From Eledone cirrhosa (Eukaryota), in assembly GCA_964016885.1 (NCBI GenBank), contig OZ024740.1:417322001-417386000 (forward strand): 64,000 nucleotides of DNA, written 5' to 3'. The notes under the pieces are model-generated. The model saw only the letters and a list, made by a program, of their open reading frames with translations. It made no database searches and had not been told where the DNA came from. Below, piece by piece: positions 38,844 to 52,400 of this stretch. A program made the position numbers and the translations under genes. The number at the start of each line of letters is the position of its first letter. Position 1 is the first letter of the stretch.

Positions 38844-41334
38844 GATGATTATAATGATGATGATGATGATGAATGTATCTAAAATCGTTCAGATATTTTT
38901 TTAACCATATTTTATCATTAAATGTCTGAAATTGGCAGTCATGAAAATATCGGAGAGAATGCCTTGCAGTATATATTCCAGCATTCACTGGAATGGTGGA
39001 ATGGTGGAATGGTGGAATGATAGTATTATTAGTTCATTAGACTTAATGCCTTGTTATATCTGTTCTGACTCACTGCTTTCTGCCAGCAATGTCTGCAATA
39101 ACATTGGTGTCAAGTTGTATTGGCCCCTTGCCTTTCTCTTGGGTAATATTGCTAGCATGGAAGAGTTGGATGCATGGTTAGCTGATCGATTGAATTGGTC
39201 AACAAGATCCCAGACCTCATTTGCTTATCGAGTGAGGTGGAACTTGTCAAATCAAACCAAGGAAACAATGTTTCCATTGGTCTTTCCATTTATGACACTA
39301 TCTACCAACTGCATAATAAATAAAAACCTTACCCAGTATCTTGTGCAGATCCATAGTCTCATAAGACATACAAAGACCCCCAGATTTCACCATTAGTAAA
39401 AAGATTACTAACTGTTTCTAATATAAACATGAAGCTTGAGAAGTAACATGCATGGTTGTATTGTTGTTGTTATTTAGCTATAAACCATCTCTGATCAAGC
39501 TGACTTGTGATCAAAGACATTCTAGCCATGACCATCTCACTGCATTGACATACAATGTTCCTAAGGCATTGTTTTAAGCCTGGTGGAGCCCCTCTCCACT
39601 TCTGGTCTGAATACAGCAGATTTCTTCTGGAGAAGGATAGAGAGTGAGAGAATAGAAGAGTGTGAGAAAGAGATATAGAGGAAGAAGTCAACCCCAGTAT
39701 TAGACTGGTACTTTTTTTATCAACCTTGAATGGATGAAAGGCAAAGTTGACCTCGGCAGGATTTGAACTAAGAGAGTAGAGAGCCAATGAATACCATAAA
39801 GCATTCTATCCAACATTCTAACAACTCTGCCAATTTGCTGCCTCTGGTGTTATTTATATGAAAGTAATAAAATGTGTTGAACTGGAAATTCCTACTAAGT
39901 TGCGAAACTTACTGCTCTATGACATTTCATATTGGTACACTGGGGAACAAAAGTAGTTTTTATCATGTCACACAAATATGATTTTTATAGACTTTTTGGT
40001 GCTAAATCCAAAAATATTTATAGTATTTCTTTATCAGGTCAACATTTTGTGACATTAAAGATTCATAAAATTATACATTTATTAAAATATGCAGACACGT
40101 GGCTTAGTGGTTAGAGCATTAGCCTTGCAATTGAAAGGTTGTGAGTTAAATTCTCAGACCGGGTGAAGGTTGGTGTTAGGAAGGGCATCCAGCTGTAGAA
40201 ATCAAGCCAGAATCAGTTCCCATCCCACCCTTGCAAGCAAGGAAAAGCGGACGTAAAATGATGATGATGATGCTCTAACCCATGCTAGCGTGGAAGATAG
40301 ACGTTAATCGATGATGATGATCTAAAAGACAATTTAAAATTAATGGCTTGGTTTGGTTTCTGCTATATTTTGCCACAGACATGTCTTTCTTAAGAATCTA
40401 ACAATAGTCTACAATCATACTGATGTTCCAGTTATCTTGGTATTGCTTATAAATGGTAGAAATATCTTAATGAAATATCTCGCCCAGGTTACCAGTAAAA
40501 AGTATCCAAGTGTGAGTCCAAGAAATGAACCTTTAATGATATATTACATCCCATTGCCCAGCATGACTTAACGAAAGTACTCGCATATAAACCAAGAGAT
40601 ATGTGACAAAAAAAAAATTGGAAGTTGGCTTATATTCAATTTTCCTCAACTTCAAAATTCTACTAAAATTAGGTGCTAAAATATATTTGCTATTTTTGCT
40701 TTGGAGATGAATATTAGATCAGTTTCACTTTTGACATGAAAATTTGTATTTCCTATTGTTTTTTTTTTAATGTTTTGAATGAATATGGCCTTCAATACGG
40801 TCAGAAATTGGTAAAACATCATTACATGATGGAGTTGTGAAAAAATATCTAAACTCTAAACGATACTTAAAACATTAAAACTTTATGAGAATTTCAAAAC
40901 CGCACCATCTAAACATAATGTGTTAATTAGCTGCCTTGGTTTATAAATAGGATTTAGAATTTTGCCTATTTCTCAGGAATAAAATAAGGGTTTGGCTTAT
41001 ATTTGAGTATATACAGTAAGTTCACCTATTCTTTCAGGTGGGTTTTCAGCTTTGTGATTTCCCAAAATGTTTGCGCTAACATTTTTGAAACTTTGCTACA
41101 CAGCATTCTTAACTTCAATTCAGCAGATTAATTATTGATTTTTAATTTAGGCACCAGGCCAGACAATTTAGGAGAAGTGAAAAGTTGATTAAATCAACCC
41201 AGTACTTGACTGGTACTTTATTTTATCGACCCCAAAAGAATGTAAGGCAAAGTTAACCTCATTGGGTTTTGAACACAGGATGTTAAGAGCCATGACTGCA
41301 ATAGTATTTTATCTAATGCTCTACCTTCTTCTTC

Positions 41335-41720
41335 TTCTCCCACTTATTCCTGAGAGGGTCGCAGAGTCCTCAAATACTCCTTCCAGCAGGCCCTGTCAGA
41401 AGAGTTTCCAACTGATCCAGCTGGAGAACAGCCAAGCTCATGGTTGTTATCCAAATATCTTGCTCGGAGTCTACCCCTGGGTCTCATGCCTGTAAAATCT
41501 GTCCAGCGATTCTTTCTTGAGACATTCTAACCACATACCCATAGTATCGGAGCTGTTATCTCTCAATTCAGAGAAGTAGCGGCTCTCCCTGGAGTGACTC
41601 TCTGATCTCCGAGCTACACACTTTATTGAGTAACGTTAGTCCAAAGACCTTTCAGAGGAATCTCATTTCAGCCACTTGTATTTGCGATAGTATTCGTTCA
41701 GATTCATAACCATAGAAGAC
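41335..41720 (-). mobile_element. Decayed RTE-like 3' fragment (third family)
   Basis: GYES..RIQVAEMRFL-like text and (gaa)n tail; homologous to 48815-49030. Confidence 0.65.
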
Positions 41721-41919
41721 TACTATCATATATATCTTGTTTAAATAAATTATATAACGAAAGTAAGGATTGAGAGAATAACAGAATAAGTTGAATAAAG
41801 GAAACACGGAATGTACTATATGAGAGAGGAAGGAAAGAAGAAAATAGCATGTAGAAAGAAGAAAGGTAAAATGAATCAGAAAAGTGGAAGAAATACGAAT
41901 GACATAGAAATACACCACC

Positions 41920-42228
41920 TACTCTCAAGTATTGAATAATCGCCCCACCCCACACCCCAACTTGTTAAATTTTGCTAATCTATCGTCGGCGAAATTTTAT
42001 TGTGATTCATATCGATACAGCAGCTGGAGAATCTAATAATTATTTTATTTTACATTAAAAAAAAAAACATATAACAAAAAAAAATAACATTACAAGAAAT
42101 CCCATATTTACGAACGTACACTATATAATTACCGATCCCTCACCTCCCTCCTGTTTATAAGAATTTAATCAAATTTCACTCTCCCCCGCTTATTCCACCC
42201 CACCTCTGTTTTTGGAGAACCGATAGTA
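41920..42228. mobile_element. MITE with an inverted partner at 44190-44507
   Basis: aaattttgctaatctatc.tcggcgaaattttatt is present in opposite orientations; TA-flanked ctctc ends. Confidence 0.6.
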
Positions 42229-42546
42229 TGTGATTCAAGAAAATAATAAAATAATAATCCAAGGTTAACCGGGTGGACTAATATATTGGTTTCTGATTTA
42301 GGCACAAGTCCAACAATTTGGAGGAGGGGAGAGTCGGTCAAATCGACCCAGTGCGTTACTGGTATTTTATTTTAAAGATGAAAAGCAAAGCCAACCTCGG
42401 CGAGATTTAAACTCAGAACGTAAAAGGACGTAACTACATGCCGTAAATCATGGTGTCCGACGCTCTACCGGTTCTGCCAATCCACCGTTGGGTGGATTAA
42501 TATATGGCAAAATATGATAAAGTAAATAAATATAGATCAATATAGA

Positions 42547-42715
42547 GTGGACCGCATAGGACGTGGCTCATCCTAACGCGGGCCGCATAGGATGTAGCTC
42601 ATCATTAGGCACTACTAAAAAAATTTCAAAACAATTTTAAAATTAAGCGTGCTGCCATTCAGGAAAGCTAAATGGGCCACACGCGGCTCGCGGTTCGCAG
42701 TTTGCCCATGACTGG
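42547..42715 (+). mobile_element. Right end of the hAT-like MITE with only two 31-bp units
   Basis: gggccgcataggatgtagctcatcat..gcagtttgcccatgactg; retains CpG. Confidence 0.8.
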
Positions 42716-42869
42716 TATAGACAGACCCAGTCCCAAACCAAGATGATGTAATTTAAGCAGTGGTGCTATTAAACCTATTAAATACGAACAACTGCTTGTT
42801 AACAGTTGAGAAACACAATCGGAGGAGGGCAGATGTGGGTTTGTTTTTAAAATTTAAGAAGCCGTTGGA

Positions 42870-43140
42870 TTTATTAGTCAATGTAAAATATAAATACATA
42901 TTGAGCAGTATCTAAGAAAAACCAAACGCACTACTAAAGGGAACAGAAAGAGAAGAAAAGAAGGATCAAGCAACGAAAGAAAGGTAGAGGAGGCGGATAG
43001 ACACTATACCCCAGTCTGAGGGGTGCCTCAGCCGCACCCCGCCGACAAAATGGCCAGAGACAACCGCTGCAAGAGTCACCCCACCTCATGGGGTTCCCTC
43101 CTTTAGCGAGCCGCCGTGTCTCCGGCTTTACGGGGGAATT
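42870..43140 (-). repeat. Dispersed GC-richer repeat, probable LINE 3' UTR
   Basis: gcaccccgc..caaaatggc recurs at 48590-48620; the pyrimidine-rich part resembles 6715-6845 and 47380-47500. Confidence 0.45.
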
Positions 43141-44735
43141 TTCTCATTAAGTTGGTGTTTAGAACACAAGAAACGTTTTTACATAAAATTATGATGGAAG
43201 GATCTATAGCAATAATTGTATTTATTATGAGGATTGGCAGAATTGGTAGAGCATCAGACAAAATGCTTTGTCAGTATTTAGTTATGGCCCTTTACGTTCT
43301 GAGTTCAAATCCCGCAGCGGTTAGCTTTGCTTTTCATCATTCCGGGGTCGCTAAAATAAAGTAGCAGTGATGCACTGGGGTTAATTTAGTCGACTTTCCC
43401 CTCCCTTCATATTGCCTAAATCAGAAACCATTATTTGTGTTTATATTTAAACAATTTTGTTTCTTTTTCTCGCTCTGGTCGTGTGTTTCTGTGAGGTTCC
43501 TGGCCATGGTTGGTTGTGTTTGTAATATGTTTATATTTGTAATGTTATTCTGAAAGAATTGTGAGCAATTTGTATTGATGTATTATATTATTGTATTGAT
43601 GTATTATATATTGTATTGATGTATTATATTAAATATGTTATTTATGTATATATATATTATTTAATAAAAACTTGTAATTGTTAAAAAAAATTGTAATGTT
43701 ATTTATACAACCGTGAATAAAGCAGACACGCTCTATTATAAAAATATAATAGACAAAAAATATAAGTATAAATACTTTAAAATGGGTAGTTTTTATATAA
43801 TAAAATTAGAGGGCGGTTTAAGATAAATTAGTATCAGAAGCGTTAAAGTGACATATAGTTGAAATTAAATTGAAGAAATAAGTTCTCGTTAAACTGAGTA
43901 CGTGACCCCCCTTTCAATGTCTGATTGCATACCTGCCAAACTCTAAAAAGGGACCCCAAAACGGGGAGGAATGAAGCAAAATAGGGAGATTTTTACATAA
44001 TGAAAGCTATGCCAATTTTCACAAGAGAAAACATCTCTTATTCACCCCAAAGTGGGTGGGAGATCTCCCAGTCCGACGGGGCGAGTTGACAGGTCTGGAT
44101 TGAAACAAACTATTTAAGGAAAATCTTTAACAATTAAGATGTGGCAATTATATAACAAATATATAAGATTAAATAGAAATATATACATATAATCTCGGTT
44201 CCCAAATAATGGGAGGGAGGAGATATTTCTATGTTGTCTCCGTTGAATTTTTTAAAAACCAGAATTAGTCATTTAGTTTACATATTGAGATCCCCAACCT
44301 ATCCTATTTATTTTATAACGTATGGGATTTCTAGTAATGTACTTTTTTGTCATGTGTAATGTTTTTTTAATGTATAAAGAAAATTAATAATCACAGGAAT
44401 GTTACCACTTAAAATAAAATTTCGCCGGAGATAGATTAGCAAAATTTAATAAGTAGGGGTGGTGGATAGGAGCGGAGACGGGGACAATTATTCGAGACCC
44501 GAGAGTAATCAATTAATTATTGAAACTTTATAAATATAATACACCAAAATATATAATCAAAGCGAAAGAGAAAAAAATCAGTTTAACACTAAATGCGTCA
44601 ATCGGTCACACACCACTTTAGCTATAAATAAGATTAGTATCTGCATAATAATTTATCGTTAACTTAACCTAATACAGTTTTAAATACATTAGTTCACTTC
44701 CTTAGCTCATATCTGGATGCCTCATTTATCTGTGT

Positions 44736-46727
44736 GGTGTCCTTGGCTCTAGCACAACCTCCCTACTTACCACTATCGGCACCCCATAGCAGTAGTGACT
44801 TCTGGTGTCCTTGGCTCTAGCACAACCTCCCTACTCACCACCATCGGCACCCCATAGCAGTAGTGACTTCTGGTGTCCTTGGCCCTAGGATCACCCCCTA
44901 CTCACCACCATCGGCACCCCATAGCAGTAGTGATTTCTGGTGTCCTTGGCCCTAGGATCACACCCCCTACTCACCACCATCGGTACCCCATAGCAGTAGT
45001 GACTTCTGGTGTCCTTGGCCCTAGGATCACCCCCTACTCACCACCATCGGCACCCCATAGCAGTAGTGATTTCTGGTGTCCTTGGCCCTAGGATCACCCC
45101 CTACTCACCACCATCGGTACCCCGTAACAGTGGTGACTTCTGGTGTCCTTGGCCCTAGGATCACCCCCTACTCACCACCATCGGTACCCCGTAACAGTGG
45201 TGACTTCTGGTGTCCTTGGCCCTAGGATCACCCCCTACTCACCACCATCGGCACCCCATAGCAGTAGTGATTTCTGGTGTCCTTGGCCCTAGGATCACCC
45301 CCTACTCACCACCATCGGTACCCCATAGCAGTAGTGACTTCTGGTGTCCTTGGCCCTAGGATCACCCCCTACTCACCACCATCGGCACCCCATAGCAGTA
45401 GTGATTTCTGGTGTCCTTGGCCCTAGGATCACACCCCCTACTCACCACCATCGGTACCCCATAGCAGTAGTGACTTCTGGTGTCCTTGGCCCTAGGATCA
45501 CCCCCTACTCACCACCATCGGCACCCCATAGCAGTAGTGATTTCTGGTGTCCTTGGCCCTAGGATCACCCCCTACTCACCACCATCGGTACCCCGTAACA
45601 GTGGTGACTTCTGGTGTCCTTGGCCCTAGGATCACCCCCTACTCACCACCATCGGTACCCCGTAACAGTGGTGACTTCTGGTGTCCTTGGCCCTAGGATC
45701 ACCCCCTACTCACCACCATCGGCACCCCATAGCAGTAGTGATTTCTGGTGTCCTTGGCCCTAGGATCACCCCCTACTCACCACCATCGGCACCCCATAGC
45801 AGTAGTGATTTCTGGTGTCCTTGGCCCTAGGATCACCCCCTACTCACCACCATCGGTACCCCGTAACAGTAGTGACTTCTGGTGTCCTTGGCCCTAGGAT
45901 CACCCCCTACTCACCACCATCGGTACCCCGTAACAGTGGTGACTTCTGGTGTCCTTGGCCCTAGGATCACCCCCTACTCACCACCATCGGCACCCCATAG
46001 CAGTAGTGATTTCTGGTGTCCTTGGCCCTAGGATCACCCCCTACTCACCACCATCGGTACCCCGTAACAGTAGTGACTTCTGGTGTCCTTGGCCCTAGGA
46101 TCACCCCCTACTCGCCACCATCGGTACCCCGTAACAGTGGTGATTTCTGGTGTCCTTGGCCCTAGGATCACCCCCTACTCACCACCATCGGTACCCCGTA
46201 GCAGTAGTGATTTCTGGTGTCCTTGGCCCTAGGATCACCCCCTACTCACCACCATCGGCACCCCATAGCAGTAGTGATTTCTGGTGTCCTTGGCCCTAGG
46301 ATCACCCCCTACTCACCACCATCGGTACCCCGTAACAGTAGTGACTTCTGGTGTCCTTGGCCCTAGGATCACCCCCTACTCGCCACCATCGGTACCCCGT
46401 AACAGTGGTGATTTCTGGTGTCCTTGGCCCTAGGATCACCCCCTACTCACCACCATCGGTACCCCGTAACAGTGGTGATTTCTGGTGTCCTTGGCCCTAG
46501 GATCACCCCCTACTCACCACCATCGGTACCCCGTAGCAGTAGTGATTTCTGGTGTCCTTGGCCCTAGGATCACCCCCTACTCACCACCATCGGTACCCCA
46601 TAGCAGTAGTGATTTCTGGTGTCCTTGGCCCTAGGATCACCCCCTACTCACCACCATCGGTACCCCGTAACAGTAGTGACTTCTGGTGTCCTTGGCCCTA
46701 GGATCACCCCCTACTCGCCACCATCGA
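44736..46727. repeat. 67-bp minisatellite, about 30 copies, derived from CRE coding sequence
   Basis: Unit ggccctaggatcaccccctactcaccaccatcggcaccccatagcagtagtgatttctggtgtcctt aligns with 23424-23494; CRE sequence resumes at 46727-46850. Confidence 0.93.
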
Positions 46728-48082
46728 CACGAAGTTGGCTACCTCAAGGTGTGAGTCTCGTGGGCTGGAATGGCTCTTCTAACACGTCTCCCTCACCATC
46801 CACCGGAGAAACACTTTCACTATTCTACCCACCGGGACCACGGGACTGCGTGAGCTCCTATTTCTATGGGAGAGTGAGAGATGGGGAGAGTGAGAGAGAC
46901 GGAGGTAGTGAGTGAAAGAGAGAGAACAACACACACACTTGATAAGACAAAGATAGATGGTGTTTTTGTTGTCGTTCTTGTTTTAGGTGGAGATTCTTGT
47001 AGTGTCTCATTAGTATCCCGTTCAATAAAATACCAACTCTACCCATACAAACCACAACAATAAAAAAAATTAGGTGACATTCAATGTTTACTTAAATAAT
47101 TTACCAGCTCAATTCTCAGTATGTGACTGGTACGTATTCAACGTAGGTCAGGAAAGCAAGTGTATTAGAAGGATAACACAATGTTGTTAGAAGGGAAAAT
47201 ATCAATACGAATATAAATAAGAATATAATGTATTGTCACCGTATTCACTAAACGATTAATTCTGGTTTTTAAAAAAAATCAACGGAGACAACCTAGAAAA
47301 GTAGGGTCCCACATGCTGGCCTCCCCACAGCCCCGGCGGACAGAATGGAGAAGGCGTTTCCCCGGAGGATAGAGTCTGTCATCCTTTCCCCTTTCTTTCG
47401 TTGCCTAATAATCCTTGCTCTTTCCCTCCTTTTCCTCTCATAGCATTTATAGTCGTTTCCAATACTACTTTCTTTTTCTATTTGACTAAATATTAAATTC
47501 ATTATTATTTTTATGTAATTTTATCCTAAATATTTATTGTCTGATTAATTAAAAATAAAATCTTTAAATATATATATATATATTTACATAAATAATATAG
47601 TTGAGAATTCACAAATTAATTGCTACGAATAGGCTAAATTCTATTGAAGAACAGACGGAACGGAGTGTAAACTAAAAGCGACTGTTTCAATATATTTTAC
47701 GCTAAAGAAAATATAAAGGAGAATTTAAAACAACGAAGGAAAAAGTGAGATAATAGTTGATTGAGAAACAAATAGGTCAGCAAACATCGCTCATTCATTG
47801 TTCATTTTTTAGTAAGGGAGTAACAATGTCAGCGTAGACTTGATTGAATAAGCAGGTTTACATAAGACCGGGAACAGAGCAGGGTGGTTCATTGTCGTAT
47901 GGTAGGAGAAACTGGTTAAGATACGATCTAGCTTATTACAACTCTCATAGTGAAATGTTTTATTTAAAATCAAAACAAAGAGATTTTCAATTCGTCATTC
48001 ATCAACTTTTGTATATTAAGAAGAAAAGAAAGAGAAGATAAGACTTTTAAATAACGAAAGTAAAGCAGCGTGGGGAGAGACT

Positions 48083-48577
48083 CTACGAGAGTCGACTGAA
48101 AAGTTCATAGGCTGACTATGAAGGAGTGATGCTAGAGCTGTGAAATCTTGCGTGCATTAATTTCAACTTTTCTTATTAATAACTGCATTATTTCTTTCCA
48201 GGGACAATGTTGAAATATAAACCTCATTTGGTCATTCCATGAGAGTATCTTGGTCATAGGCTGACTATGAAGGAGCGATGCTAGAACTGTGAAATCTTGC
48301 ATTCATTTGAATTTTTCTTATTAATAACTACATTGTTTTTTTCTAAGGACTATATTGAAAAATAAACCTCGTTTGGTCATTCTATGAGAGTATCTTGGTC
48401 ATAGGCTGACTATGAAGGAATGATGCTAGAGCTATGAAATCTTCCATGCATTAATTTGAACTTTCCTTATTAATAACTGCATTGTTTATTCCCAGGGACT
48501 ATGTTGAAAAATAAACCTCGTTTGGTCATTCCATGAGTATCTTGGTCAGCTTATGAACTTTACAGCTGACCCTCGTA
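48083..48577. mobile_element. Mariner-like MITE with three internal tandem units of about 145 bp
   Basis: TA-CGAGAGTCGACTGAAAAGTTCATAGGCTGAC ... GTCAGCTTATGAACTTTACAGCTGACCCTCG-TA. Confidence 0.85.
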
Positions 48578-48814
48578 CATCCCAGTCTAGCTGCACCCCG
48601 CAGTCAAAATGGCGACGACATTGCCGCGGAGAACACCCGCTACATAACGAGGGGCCATTCCTTAAGGGGATGCACTCCTCCAGATTTTACTGAAGTAATT
48701 GAAGAGCAGAAAGCCAAAACAAATACCACAAAACATTCTATCCGACGTTTCTAACGACTCTGCCAATTCGCCGCCATGCAATTATATATACAGATACACA
48801 TTATGTACACTTCT

Positions 48815-49030
48815 CCCACTTATTCCTGAGAGGGTCGTGGGGTCAGTGTCTTCAAACACTCCTTCCAGTGGGTCCTGTCAGAAGCAACCGTCTTCAACTG
48901 ATCCAGCTGGATCCCCAAGCGAGACCAGCCAAGCTCATATATGTTATCTAACCATCTTGCTCGGGGTCTACTCCTGGGTCTCCTGCCGGTTGGTGTTTGC
49001 CCATAAAATCTATCCAACGATTCTCTCAGT
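48815..49030 (-). mobile_element. RTE-like 3' fragment (third family)
   Basis: PTGRRPRSRPRARWLDNIYELGWSRLGI..DRTHWK. Confidence 0.75.
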
Positions 49031-49473
49031 TGTGGCTGTATGATTTAGAAGTTCGTCTAAAGCATGTGGTCCCGGGTTCGTTCCCAGGCTGATCACAGCC
49101 TTGTGAGTGAAATAAGCTTGGTGGGTCACCTGTCTCGTGTGTGTTTGTCTACGTCTAAACTATGTACACTTAAAAATAAATATAAATGTCTTCATTTGTA
49201 ACCTAAAGGCAACGAATTGCTGTAAGATATTCAATAGAGTAAAACATGCCTGGATAACCTATACTATTAATTTTACAAGGAGGAGATCTCTCAACAGTTT
49301 TTCACGATCATAATCCGATTCTGTTTGTGACTATAGATGTTGTAGTTTTAGTGACAACGAAACGGATCATGATAGTAAGGTTTTAATGGCCCTAACTATG
49401 GCAGACTGAACCTTTGTGACAGTGGAGACATCCGGCGTTCTTTTTTTATTCACTTAAGTAATTTTAAAGCAGC

Positions 49474-52400
49474 AAAGTGACTGAGAGAGCCATACCCAGC
49501 CATATGGACTTATTTGTTGCATGAAACTGTTAAAGTGACTGAGAGAGCCATACCCAGCCATATGGACTTATTTGTTGCATGAAACTGTTAAAGTGACTGA
49601 GAGAGCCATACCCAGCCATATGGACTTATTTGTTGCATGAAACTGTTAAAGTGACTGAGAGAGCCATACCCAGCCATATGGACTTATTTGTTGCATGAAA
49701 CTGTTAAAGTGACTGAGAGAGCCATACCCAGCCATATGGACTTATTTGTTGCATGAAACTGTTAAAGTGACTGAGAGAGCCATACCCAGCTATATGGACT
49801 GATTTGTTGCATGAAACTGTTAAAGTGACTGAGAGAGCCATACCCAGCTATATGGACTTATTTGTTGCATGAAACTGTTAAAGTGACTGAGAGAGCCATA
49901 CCCAGCCATATGGACTTATTTGTTGCATGAAACTGTTAAAGTATCGGAGAGAGCCATACCCAGCCATATGGACTTATTTGTTGCATGAAACTGTTAAAGT
50001 GACTGAGAGAGCCATACCCAGCCATATGGACTTATTTGTTGCATGAAACTGTTAAAGTATCGGAGAGAGCCATACCCAGCCATATGGACTTATTTGTTGC
50101 ATGAAACTGTTAAAGTATCGGAGAGAGCCATACCCAGCTATATGGACTTATTTGTTGCATGAAACTGTTAAAGTGACTGAGAGAGCCATACCCAGCTATA
50201 TGGACTTATTTGTTGCATGAAACTGTTAAAGTGACTGAGAGAGCCATACCCAGCCATATGGACTTATTTGTTGCATGAAACTGTTAAAGTATCGGAGAGA
50301 GCCATACCCAGCCATATGGACTTATTTGTTGCATGAAACTGTTAAAGTATCGGAGAGAGCCATACCCAGCTATATGGACTTATTTGTTGCATGAAACTGT
50401 TAAAGTATCGGAGAGAGCCATACCCAGCCATATGGACTTATTTGTTGCATGAAACTGTTAAAGTGACTGAGAGAGCCATACCCAGCCACATGGACTTATT
50501 TGTTGCATGAAACTGTTAAAGTATCGGAGAGAGCCATACCCAGCCATATGGACTTATTTGTTGCATGAAACTGTTAAAGTATCGGAGAGAGCCATACCCA
50601 GCTATATGGACTTATTTGTTGCATGAAACTGTTAAAGTATCGGAGAGAGCCATACCCAGCCATATGGACTTATTTGTTGCATGAAACTGTTAAAGTGACT
50701 GAGAGAGCCATACCCAGCCACATGGACTTATTTGTTGCATGAAACTGTTAAAGTGACTGAGAGAGCCATACCCAGCTATATGGACTGATTTGTTGCATGA
50801 AACTGTTAAAGTGACTGAGAGAGCCATACCCAGCCATATGGACTTATTTGTTGCATGAAACTGTTAAAGTGACTGAGAGAGCCATACCCAGCCATATGGA
50901 CTTATTTGTTGCATGAAACTGTTAAAGTGACGGAGAGAGCCATACCCAGCCATATGGACTTATTTGTTGCATGAAACTGTTAAAGTATCGGAGAGAGCCA
51001 TACCCAGCCATATGGACTTATTTGTTGCATGAAACTGTTAAAGTGACTGAGAGAGCCATACCCAGCTATATGGACTTATTTGTAGCATGAAACTGTTAAA
51101 GTATCGGAGAGAGCCATACCCAGCCATATGGACTTATTTGTTGCATGAAACTGTTAAAGTGACTGAGAGAGCCATACCCAGCCACATGGACTTATTTGTT
51201 GCATGAAACTGTTAAAGTATCGGAGAGAGCCATACCCAGTCATATGGACTTATTTGTTGCATGAAACTGTTAAAGTATCGGAGAGAGCCATACCCAGTCA
51301 TATGGACTTATTTGTTGCATGAAACTGTTAAAGTATCGGAGAGAGCCATACCCAGCCATATGGACTTATTTGTTGCATGAAACTGTTAAAGTATCGGAGA
51401 GAGCCATACCCAGCCATATGGACTTATTTGTTGCATGAAACTGTTAAAGTATCGGAGAGAGCCATACCCAGTCATATGGACTTATTTGTTGCATGAAACT
51501 GTTAAAGTGACTGAGAGAGCCATACCCAGCCACATGGACTTATTTGTTGCATGAAACTGTTAAAGTGACTGAGAGAGCCATACCCAGCCATATGGACTTA
51601 TTTGTTGCATGAAACTGTTAAAGTATCGGAGAGAGCCATACCCAGTCATATGGACTTATTTGTTGCATGAAACTGTTAAAGTATCGGAGAGAGCCATACC
51701 CAGCCATATGGACTTATTTGTTGCTTGAAACTGTTAAAGTATCGGAGAGAGCCATACCCAGTCATATGGACTTATTTGTTGCATGAAACTGTTAAAGTGA
51801 CTGAGAGAGCCATACCCAGCCACATGGACTTATTTGTTGCATGAAACTGTTAAAGTGACTGAGAGAGCCATACCCAGCCATATGGACTTATTTGTTCCAT
51901 GAAACTGTTAAAGTGACTGAGAGAGCCATACCCGGCCATATGGACTTATTTGTTGCATGAAACTGTTAAAGTGACTGAGAAAGCCATACCCAGTCATATG
52001 AACTTATTTGTTGCATGAAACTGTTAAAGTGACTGAGAGAGCCATACCCAGTCATATGGACTTATTTGTTGCATGAAACTGTTAAAGTGACTGAGAGAGC
52101 CATACCCAGCTATATGGACTTATTTGTTGCATGAAACTATTAAAGTATCGGAGAGAGCCATACCCAGCCATATGGACTTATTTGTTGCATGAAACTGTTA
52201 AAGTGACTGAGAGAGCCATACCCAGCCATATGGACTTATTTGTTGCATGAAACTGTTAAAGTGACTGAGAGAGCCATACCCAGCCATATGGACTTATTTG
52301 TTGCATGAAACTGTTAAAGTGACTGAGAGAGCCATACCCAGCTATATGGACTTATTTGTTGCATGAAACTGTTAAAGTATCGGAGAGAGCCATACCCAGC

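Noticed and set aside
42990-48690. caaaatggc YY1-like promoter motifs at about 43046 and 48606
   Set aside because: Both lie in copies of a dispersed repeat and there is no independent promoter evidence.
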